From: Hypanus sabinus
Lineage: Eukaryota
Length of the DNA stretch: 64,000 bases
Direction: 5' to 3'
NCBI RefSeq assembly: GCF_030144855.1
Contig: NC_082714.1
Coordinates: 48,670,001-48,734,000 of the forward strand
Part shown: positions 50,613 to 61,407 of the stretch, piece by piece
Position numbering within the stretch: the stretch's first letter is position 1
Layout of the letters: each line of letters opens with the position of its first letter
The notes under the pieces: model-generated
The model's database searches: none
The model's input: only the letters and a program-made list of their open reading frames with translations
Told to the model about the DNA's origin: nothing
Program-made: the position numbers and the translations under genes

Positions 50613-52736
50613 ATAGAAACATAGAAAACCTACAGCACAATGCAGGCCCTTCAGCCCACAAGGTTGTGCCGAACATGTCCCTACCTTAGAAATTACTAGG
50701 CTTACCCATAGCCCTCTATTTTTCTAAGCTCCATGTACCTATCCAAAAGTCTCTTAAAAGACCCTATCGTATCCGTTCCACCACCGTTGCTGGCAGCCCA
50801 TTCCATGCACTCACCACTCTCTGAGTAAAAAACTTACCCCTGACATCTCCTCTCTACGTACTCCCCAGCACCTTAAACCTGTGTCCTCTTGTGGCAACCA
50901 TTTCAGCCCTGGGCAAAAGCCTCTGACTATCCACATGATCAATGCCTCTCATCATCTTATACACCTCTATCAGGTCACCTCTCATCTTTCTTCACTCCAA
51001 GAAGGAAAGGCCAAGTTCACTCAACCTATTCACAGAAGGCATGCTCCCCAATCCAGGCAACATCCTTGTAAATCTCTTCTGCATCCTTTCTATGGCTTCT
51101 TCATCCTTCCTGTAGTGAGGCGACCAGAACTGAGCACAGTACTCCAAGCGTGGTCTGACCAGGGTCCTATATAGTTGCAACATTACCTCTTGGCTCCTAA
51201 ATTCAATACCATGATTTATGAAGGCCAATACACCGTACGCCTTCTTAACCACAGAGTCAACCTGCGCAGTTGCTTTGAGGGTCCTATGGACTCAGACCCG
51301 AAGATCCCTCTGATCCTCCACATTGCCAAGAGTCTCACCATTAATACTATATTCTGCCATCATATTTGACCTACCAAAATGAACCATTTCACACTTATCT
51401 GGGTTGAACTCTATCTGCCACTTCTCAGCCTAGTTTTGCATCTTATCAATGTCCCGCTATAACCTCTGACAACTCTCCACACTATCCACAACACCCCTAA
51501 CCTTTGTGTCATCAGCAAACATACAAACCCATCCCTCCACTTCCTCATCCAGGTCATTTATAAAAATCATGAAGAGTAAGGGTCCCAGAACAGATCCCTG
51601 AGGCACTCCACTGGTGACCAACCTCCATGCAGAATATGACTCATCTACAAACACTCTTTGCCTTCTGTGAGCAAGCCAGTTCTGGATCCACAAAGCAATG
51701 TCCCCTTGGATCCCATGCCGCCTTACTTTCTCAATAAGCCTTGCATGGGGTACCTTATCAAATGCCTTACTGAAATCCACATATACTACATCTACTGCTC
51801 TTCGTTCATCAATGTGTTTAGTCACATCATCAAAAAATTCAATCAGGCTCGTAAGGCACAACCTGCCCTTAACAAAGCCATGCTGACTACTCCTAATCAT
51901 ATTATATCTCTCCAAATGTACATAAATTCTGCCTCTCAGGATATTCTCCATCAACTTACCAAATACTGAGTTAAGACTCACTGGTCTATAATTTCTTGGC
52001 TATCTCTACTCCCTTTCTTGAATAAAGGTACAACATCCGCAACCCTCTAATCCTCCGGAACCTCTCCCTTCCCCATTGATGATGCAAAGATCATCACCAG
52101 AGGCTCAGCAATCTCCTCCCTCGCCTCCCACAGTAGCCTGGGGTATATTTCGTCTGGTCCTGGCAACTTATCCAACTTGCTTTCCAAAAGCTCCAGCACA
52201 TCCTCTTTCTTAATATCTACATACTCAAGCTTTTCAGTCTGCTGCAAGTCATCAATACAATCACTCAGATTCTTTTCCATAGTGAATACTGAATTAAAGT
52301 ATTCATTAAGTACCTCTGCTATTTCCTCTGGTTCCATACACACTTTCCCACTGTCACATTTGATTGGTCCTATTCTTTCACGTCTTATCCTCTTTCTCTT
52401 CACATACTTGTAGAATGCCTTGGGGTTTTCCTTAATCCCACCCACCAAAGCCTTCTCATGGCCCCTTCTGGCTCTCCTAATTTCCTTTTTAAGCTCCTTC
52501 CTGTTAGCCTTATAATCTAGATCTCTAACATTACTTAGCTGTCTGAACCTTTTGTAAGCTTTTCTTTTCTTCTTGACTAGATTTATTACAGCCTTTGTAC
52601 ACCACAGTTCCTATATCCTACTATAACTTCCCTGCTTGATTGGAACGTACCTAAACAGGACGCTACATAAATATCCTCTGAAAATTTGTCTCATTTCTTC
52701 CGTACTTTTTCCTGAGAATATCTGTTTGCAATTTCC
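50613..52736 (-). mobile_element. 5'-truncated CR1 LINE, specific to unit 2
   Basis: ORFs 52047-52448, 51457-51981 ([27 protein letters not shown]) and 50992-51252, with an (ATAGAAAC)n tail at 50613-50628. Confidence 0.92.
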
Positions 52737-53267
52737 CTAAACTTACCTGGTTTCATTTCCTTTGCCACAGTAAATACAGATGAGAATACACATTTAAAGC
52801 TTTACCCTTCATTTGTAACCCCCGCATACTTTACCACCCTGATCCTAAAGTGGAAATACTCTCTACCTTTCCCCTTTTTTTCTATTAATATGCATAGAAA
52901 CTGTGAAGAATCATTTGCACCTTATCTGCCAAGGTTATCCCTTGTCCTCTTTTCACCCTTTGGCTGAAGAAATTCCTCCTCAGTTATTTTAAAGGGGCAA
53001 GCCTAAATTCTGAGGGCATACCCTTGGATCCAAGCATCTTCTTCTAATGGAAGCATCCTCTCTACATCCACTCTGTCCAAGCCTTTCAGTATCTGATAGT
53101 TTTCATTGAGATAGCCCTTCTTCCTACTGAACACCATTGAGTACAGGCCCAGAGACATCAAAATCTTCTCCAATGTCAAGCCTTTTATTCCTATGACCTT
53201 TCTTGGGAGTTCCTGGATCCCTTCCAATCTAGTACACCCTTCCTTGGAGAAATGGCCCAAAATTGCA

Positions 53268-53968
53268 GCAACAACCTTTCACTCAACGTCAGTAAGATGA
53301 AAGAGCTGACTGTGGACTTCAGGAAGGGTAAGACGAAGGAACACATACCAATCCTCATAGAGGGATCAGAAGTGGAGAGAGTTCAAGTTCCTGGGTGTCA
53401 AGATCTCTGAGGCAACAAATACACTCAAAAACATCTACAGTTGTACCGTGGAGAGCATTCTGACAGGCTACATCACTGCCAGGGGCTACTGTACAGGACT
53501 GAAAGAAGCTGCAGAAGGTTGTAAATCTAGTCAGCTCCATCTTGGGTACTAGCCTACAAAGTACCCAGGACATCTTGAGGGAGCGGCATCTCAGAAAGGC
53601 AGTGCACATTACTAAGAACCTCCAGCACTCAGGGCATACCCTTTTCTCACTGTTACCATCAGGTAGGAGGTACAGAAACCACGCACTCAGCGATTCAGGA
53701 ACAGCTTCTTCCCCTCTGCCATCCGATTCCCAAATGGACATTGAATCTTTGGACACTACCACACTTTTTAAAAAATATACAGTATTTCTGTTTTTGCACA
53801 TTAAAAAAAATCAATTTAGTATATGTCATTGATTTACTTGTTTATTTATTATTATTATTTGTATTTTATTTATTATTATTTTTTCTTTGTTAGATTATGT
53901 ATTGCATTGAGCTGCTGCTGCTAAGTTAACAAATTTCACTTCATAATAAACCAGATTCTGATTCTGAT
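53268..53968 (+). mobile_element. Rex1/Babar-like 3' fragment, specific to unit 2
   Basis: Same family as 33060-33920, with tail AATAAACCAGATTCTGATTCTGA. Absent at about 12930. Confidence 0.8.
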
Positions 53969-55429
53969 ATTGCTCCCTCGAGATCTACAAACTTGCTCCC
54001 TGCTCCTTATTGAGAAATACAGTCCTTTGCAAAAGTCTTTGGCACCCTGGCTATATCCATATATGTGCCTGAGGTTCTTGCATCATACTGCATGACTATA
54101 AAGCCTCAGCATTATATATTTGTTTGTATATTCTAATCCTCCCAAAATGAATGTTAATATTGCATTTGTCTTGTTTACTATTGGCTCAACCTGCTAGTTA
54201 ACCTTGAGGGAACTTTGAATTAGGAATCCAAAGTAACTTTACACCTCTGCTTTCTGAATTTTCTCCTCATTTAGGAAATAGTCCTTTGTTCTTCCTACCA
54301 ATGTACATAACCCCACAATCCCTATTCTACATTCCATCTGCTTATTCTTTGCCCACTCTCCAAACCTGTCCAGGTCATTTTGCAGGCTTCCTGTCTCTGG
54401 GGTAGTGCCTGTTCTTCCACTTATCAAATGTAGCCACAATATCATAATTTCCTTCATCCAGATCATTATTGTATAAGGTGCAAATCCAACACTGATCCCT
54501 GTGGAATTCCAAAAGTCACCAGTAGCCATTGTGAAAAGCACCTTCTTATCCCCAATCTCAGACTTCTGACAATCAACCACTTTTCTATCTATACTCGTAC
54601 TTTATCTCTTATCCAGAGTAGCAGCATTGTGTGCCAGACCTTGTTAAAAGCTTCTTGACAATCCATGTAAATGATATTCACTCAATGTGTCACGTTTCTG
54701 TAAGAGATATAATATCACAATCCCACATGTCAAAGATGCCCTGAGATCATCAGCCTGTCAGGCTTCTTGCAGTTTAGGTGGTCAGACCTGCCTCACTCCT
54801 TGTCCTGCTCCTGCTGGCTGGATTTTTTCACTTTAACTTCTATACTTACTCCAGTTTTTTCATTGATTGTATAACTACTTTGGGACCCATATCCTGCTCA
54901 ACTTGTTCAAACCCATCCAAGTAATTCTACCAATTGCCTCCATCAGAAAGTCTATTGCAATGTGTCCCTCTTGTTTAGGTCATCTCCGTCCTGAAGATAT
55001 CCCACCATCCTGAGGTGCCTGTCAGACCTGCACCAGTTCATCAGCTGTACATTCGTCAGCTCTATCCCGCCATACCCATTTTCACTACAACACAGCACAC
55101 AGAGTTACCCAGGGATTTAACTCTAGTGCTCCTACGTTTTACCCTTCTACTCATCTCTCTCAATTCCATCTGCAGTATCTCATCCTTTTGATTAATCTAC
55201 AGACCCAGTCACTCTATGAGGTCATTCAGGAACTGCAACAGAACACGCCTCCCACAGGTATAATCACCAGAAATCATGGAAGCTTCTCTGCCCTTCCCAT
55301 GCTCTGCAGGATGAACACACAACAGTCCTGACTGCCATCTCTAAACCACTAAGATTATGGAGGGCAGAAAAAATTCTACTCATCTTACCTGACCCTTGGT
55401 CAACTTCCTCACTGAAGTGTCTTCAAGCA

Positions 55430-57152
55430 AAACCTCACACTTACAATGAAACAAATCTGAGAAATTCCTTTCCTACATTTCCATGTGCAAATCTAGTAAT
55501 CTATGTCTCTCTCATGCTATTTAGATCAAGTAGACATAGGCTCAGTGTGTAATGTGTCCCACTGTAAATCGACCTGGTGACTCTCTAGAATTGTAGCATG
55601 CTGTTTCAGCTTCAGAATGAACGCATGAATAAAGTAACAGGGCTACGCTGTCTTCAGCACCCAACCTGAGTTCCTAACCAACAGAGCACACTCAGTAAGG
55701 ATAGGTAACATTACCTCCATCTTCAATATTCTCAACACTGGTGCCCCACAAGGCTTCACCAGCAGTACCCTACTCTACTCTCTATACGCTCACAACTTTG
55801 TGGCCAGGCTCTGCTCTAACTCCATCCACAAGTTTACAAATGATAGCACCACAGTGAGCCAGATCTCAAATAACAATAAACTGAGTAAAGTAAGAGTCTA
55901 GCAACATGCTGTCATGACAACAATCTTTCCCTCACTGTCAGTGAAACAAAAGAGCTGGTCATTGACTTCACGAGGGTGGGTGGTGCAAACACACCTGATT
56001 ACATCAATGGTGTTGAGATCGAGTAGGTTGAGAGCTTCAAGTCCCCAGGAGTGAATATCACCAACAAGCTCCTAGTTCCATCATGGCCAAGAACTCTCAG
56101 TTTATTCTGGAGGCTGAAGTAATCTGGCATGTCCCATCTGACTGTTATTAGTTTTTATTGGTACATCATAGAATGCTTCGCCAAAGCTTCACATTTACTA
56201 TGAAAATTATCCTAGAAATTCCTTTCCTGCATTGTCATGGACAAAACTAGTAACCTGTGTTTCTCTCATGCTATTTAAATCAAGTAGACTTAGGCTCAGT
56301 GTGTAATGTGTCCCACTGTAAACCGTGCTGATGATTCTCTAGAATTGTAGCATGCTGTTTCAGCTTCAGAATAAACACATCAACAGAGGTCCATCAATGT
56401 CACTGTGCTACCCTGTCTTCAGCACACAACATGAATTTCTAACCAACAGAGCACACTCAGTAAGGATAGGTAGCATTACCTCCATCTTCATTATTCTCAA
56501 CACTGGTGCCCCACTGTGGTGAACTACATATACCTGTCTGGACACACCCCCTGCTGACTGCTCCTGTGGCTTCTCCCACAGACCCCGGTATAAAGGCGAT
56601 CAAGGCCTGAGCACGGCCTCTCAGTCTCCAGGATGTAGTATGGTGGTCATTCACTGCTTGTTCCTTCTTCCAGTCAATAAAAGCCGATATCTCACCTTCA
56701 CGTCTCAGAGTGAGTTATTGATGGTGCATCACCCACAAAGCTTCATCAGCAGTACCCTACTCTACTGTTGATCTGCTCACATCTGCGTGGCCAGGTTCTG
56801 TTCGAACTCCATCTACAAGTGTAGAAATGATATCACCGCAGTGAGCTGCATCTCAAATAACAATAAACTGAATAAAGTAAGAGCCTAGCAACATGCTATC
56901 ATGACAACAATCAGCTGAAACAAAAGAGCTGATCATTGATTTAACAAGAGTGGGTGGTGCACACACACCTGATTACATCGATGATGTTGAGATCTAGAAG
57001 GTTGAAAGCTACGAGTTTCCAGGAGTGAATATCACCAACAGGCTCCTAGTTCCATCATGGGCAAGGACTCTCAGTTTCTTCGGGAGTCTAAAGTAATCTG
57101 GCATGTCTCATCTCACCGTCACTAGATTTTATTGGTACACCATAGAATGCTT
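55430..57152 (+). repeat. Local tandem duplication (about 750 bp x 2) upstream of beta2
   Basis: 55430-56179 is repeated at 56183-57152, and the second copy contains the 217-bp LTR. Unit 1 has a single copy (15260-16432). Confidence 0.85.
56515..56731 (+). mobile_element. Small solo LTR (217 bp)
   Basis: TG...CA termini, a perfect 5-bp TSD CCCAC (56510-56514 and 56732-56736), TATAAA 56589-56594 and AATAAA 56676-56681. The empty site is visible at about 55741-55755. Confidence 0.85.
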
Positions 57153-60000
57153 CCTACCCAGATGTATCACAGGTTGGCATGGCAACTGCTGTCTCTTTAA
57201 TCAGCAGAAAATATGGAGTTGTGAACAATATTCAGCACAGAACAAAAACCAGCATCCTCTCTGTGGCGTCTAGTTACACTTTTTTGCTACCTTGCTAAAG
57301 AAGCCAACATAATCAAGGATCCCACTCACCCTGGACATGCTCTCTTTTCCACCTTTCCATAGGGAAGATGATACAAATGCTTGTAAACACATACAAGTAG
57401 GCTCAAGGACAGTTACAAGGTCAATGAACATTACCGTAGTCAGATGATCTCTTGACCACACAACCTACCTTACTGTGGCCTAGAAACTTATCGTCAACTT
57501 GTGCTGCATTTTCTTGGTAGAAGTAACACTTCATTCTGCATTCTGTTATTGTTTCAGACTACCTTAGTACATGTGACAATACGTAATAAACTGATTTATC
57601 AATTTAGCAACAGATCCCTTGTGTTTTGTCTCGTAAAGGGACAACACAGAAGCAGAGCAGCTGCAGCTGGGAGTGTGGATGTCTTTGTGCAATGTCTGCT
57701 GCAGACCCCGGTATAAAGGCGATCAAAAGGAGAGGACAGAGTGCATGAATGGCTGATGGAGAAATATTCACGCAAGCTGGAGTGTAAGTCTGGATGGTAG
57801 TGAGCTTCTTCTGTGCTGATGAGGTCGTCCTCATCGGACAAGTGGCGAGCATTCTATCATATGCAGAATTGTAACTTTGGTGACAGTTTGAAAGTTTTTA
57901 CCATGGTAATAGTGAGTCTCTTGCTATTGCACAGCCAGTGTCTACCCAGTTCACACATCCAGAGTAGTTCTGTATCTGATCCAAATTGGAACTTGGTCAG
58001 TGGAGATGCACAGGATGTTGATGGTGGGACTCAATGATAATAATGCTCTTGAACACAAAGGCAATTGTCTGCATGACCTCTTATTGGAGATCTTTGTCAC
58101 CTGGCACTTTCCTGATGTGAATGTTACCGGCTACTTACGGCAGAATGTTTTATGAGGCAAGTTGTATCAAGACATGGGCTACTTCATTTACTGAGTAGAA
58201 TATGTATTTGAACATTGTACTGTCAATGGTGAGCACCCTCACATCTGTCAATCAAAAACACTTCCAAATGCTGGAAACCTCATAAACAGAATGCTGGAAT
58301 TACTCACCAGCTCAGGATGTACTTGTGTCTGTTTGTCTGTGTATGCATGTGCTTTTCGCCCACATCTGATATTCTGACCTGTCCTTTGAAACTTTGCACA
58401 CAGCTTAAGAGCTAGAATGTCTTTTTAGAAAGCAAAGACCAAAATTTTGTACAAGAACATAACTGTTATTTCACCAAGGTTTTGGAACCTAGAACAGTAC
58501 AGGACAGGAAAAGGCCCTTCAGACAAACTAATTAAGCTAGCAACATCTAATCCATTCTGCCTGCATGTGATCCATATCCCTTGTTCCCTATACACTCTAT
58601 GTGTCTTAAAGAGAGCCTTTTCAACCTCTATTGAATCTACCTCTTCTATCACTCATGTAAGTACACCGACACACCGACACACAGCACCAACACCCACCAC
58701 TTTGTTTAAAAAAAACACATATTTGCTTTGATCTTCCCCGTCTTATGATAAGTGCAGCTCTCCAGTAGTAGTAGACATTTGGGCCCTGGGCAATAAGACA
58801 CTGGCTGTCTACTCTATTGAAACCTTTCAAAACTTTATAAACTTCTGTCAGGTCACCCCACTCGCACTCCAGTGAAAACAATTCTCATCCATCCACTGTC
58901 CTTATAGCACGTTCTCTCCAATCCAGCCAGCACACCGGTAAAGTTCTTCTGAACCCTCCCCATGGCCTCCACATCCTTCCAATGATGAGCGACCAGAATT
59001 GAATACAATACTCCAGATTCTGTCTGAACAGAAATTCCCAATTAGTTCTCTATCATCAGCAAATCTAGAACTGATACAGCAGGCCTTCTTAGGCAAATTG
59101 TTAATAGACATTGTAAATGTTTGGAGTCCAAGCACTGATCCCTATTGGACTCCATTAGCTGCAGCCTGGCTATCCATGAAGGGTCTGTTTCTCTACTGTG
59201 TTTTCCATTTGTTAAACAACTCTCAATAGACACAGTGACCCCAAATTCTATGTGAGCTGTCCTTGTTTATTTTCTCCTGAACACAACTTTATCCAAAGCC
59301 TATTGAAAATCCAATACTCAAGCAGACAGGAGACATTTGTTTAATTCTTCTGCCATTTTATTATTTCCCATTGTAAAGTCTCACATCTTTGTTTGTCATT
59401 GGTCTTTTCAGGTTTACATTTCACCTACAATAATTTGTGAATGCTCATGGCTGTTTCACTATTGAATGGACACACAAGACAGAAATAGAGCTTTGTCCAT
59501 ATGAGTTCATTTACCAAATTCATAAAACACCCACAAACAATGCAAGAGGCTATTAGTTACCCAGTGAATGTTCATAGCAGAATCATCAGTCAGAAACACT
59601 CCAGGGACCGTGAAGTGCACATTATTGCTGTAGTTCAGTATTTCAAAATAAACTTGTCTCAATGTAATAATGTACGTTTGTAAGTTTGCCATCAGTTTTT
59701 CATTGTTACAATCTCATATCTTTACAGATGAGAACATTAATGAAGCTATATTATAATAGTCATGGATTTGATTTCAACATCAGAAATGCATTAATTTTTG
59801 AAAAAAAGTATTATTTAATGAAAAAACTGTATTCAGCTGAATAATTAACAAGAAGAGAGTTCTACAGTTTGAAAACAAGTGTATTGAATTAATATTCAAC
59901 AAAATTGGAGAATTATTCTTGGTGTTGAATGGGCAGAAGTGAGGCTCAGACAAGCAATGGTTCAGCAAGTGTTAACACAGAAGGGTTGCAGCCCACATTT

Positions 60001-60080
60001 GGAAAGTGTGCCCAGCCCATCTAGTAGTCAGCCTATTACAGTCAGGTGTTGAACCATGAGCCAGTTCGCCGCCTATAAAA
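60001..60080 (+). promoter_or_regulatory. beta2 promoter
   Basis: TATAAAA 60074-60080 and CCTAT 60032-60036. It aligns with the beta1 promoter but lacks the GATA site. Confidence 0.7.
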
Positions 60081-60150
60081 GTGAAGTCAAAACTCCAGAT
60101 CCACACAGCTTTCTTGTGCAAGCAGTGACAGTGAGAGCTTAACAACCAAA

Positions 60151-61407
60151 ATGGTGAAATTAACACAGGCTCAGGAACAATACATCAGGAACAAATGGGA
60201 CCAGATGGATAAGAAAGCAATAACTGCCCAAGCCTTGGCAAGGTATGATGGAAGTGTGTTTTCTGTTTTATGTTTAAATCATGCGCTGTATTTTCAACTA
60301 TAGTTCCAGTGAAGGTTCTTTAATTTGCTATGCTTGCCTAGATGCTGTCATTGGGTGAAGGAACTAGTATTCAGCACTGCACTGAGGTTCCAGATCAACC
60401 CACAGAAACTCAACTCTTTATTTGATAAAAATTTCCTCAATCATGAACTTTGAGAAATTAATTAATTCTAAGTTATCATAACAAAAACTGGGTAACTTGT
60501 TTTTTCTCTTTCTAGGGTATTCTCTGTGTATCCCTGGACGACCAGACTATTTAAAAATTTCAATGGCCGTTTTGCAGCCTCTGACCCTGGTGTTCAGACT
60601 CATGCAGGCAAAGTGCTGAAGGCTCTGAACGCTGCAATCGAGGATTTGAAGAATATTGAAACTAATTTCTATGAACTGAGCAGTAAACATCAAAAAATCG
60701 GAGTGGACACTCAGAATTTCAAGGTAAAAACCCATATTTTTAGTATGTGCACAGTTTAGTTAAAGGGGTGTTTTAGATATTTCTCAATTACAGAATTTAT
60801 AACAAACATGACAACCAAACATCATGAACTGAACTGCAGGGGAAAGGAGCACATCTGCTTACTGTGCAAAGGGCAGTCCTTTTCAAATTTTCCTGAGAAG
60901 TTGATTTCAATTTCCCTTTATTCAACATCTAACAAATGCAGAACCATTTTTGACTTCATTGCTCCAGGGACACTGAAATTATCCTCACATTGGCTGTTGT
61001 CTGTAGAGAGTTCGCTCCAGTTTGCAGTGCTTCAGGTTAATTAGCTACTATGCATCAAAAAGAGTCAAAAAGGCTTTGATGGGCACATGAGACTGGGATA
61101 TGTTGTCAGGGTACAGGGAAAAAGGTGGGGCCCAATGTATTTACAACACTGGGAACGGACATCGACCCAGAGGACAAAATGGACTCCTTCTGGGCTGTTC
61201 TGTATGAAGTCATTGGAGGTTTGAGTTTTGCTTTCCGGTTTTGTTTCAATGTTGTATACTTATTGTTTTTCTTCACAGCTTCTCAGCCAGGCCTTCATTG
61301 TTGAACTCGCTCTTCGTGATAAAACGGCATTCGGACCAGAGGAACATGAAGCTGCCTACAAGTTTTTTAAACTGGTGACAGAAGCTCTCTCCAACAACTA
61401 CCATTAA
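60151..61407 (+). CDS. HBB: Haemoglobin beta chain, copy 2 (142 aa; 3 exons)
   Basis: Exons 60151-60242, 60516-60723 and 61279-61407. The frame is intact and differs from copy 1 at 18 residues (6 in exon 1, 9 in exon 2, 3 in exon 3). AATAAA at 61595-61600. Confidence 0.97.
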
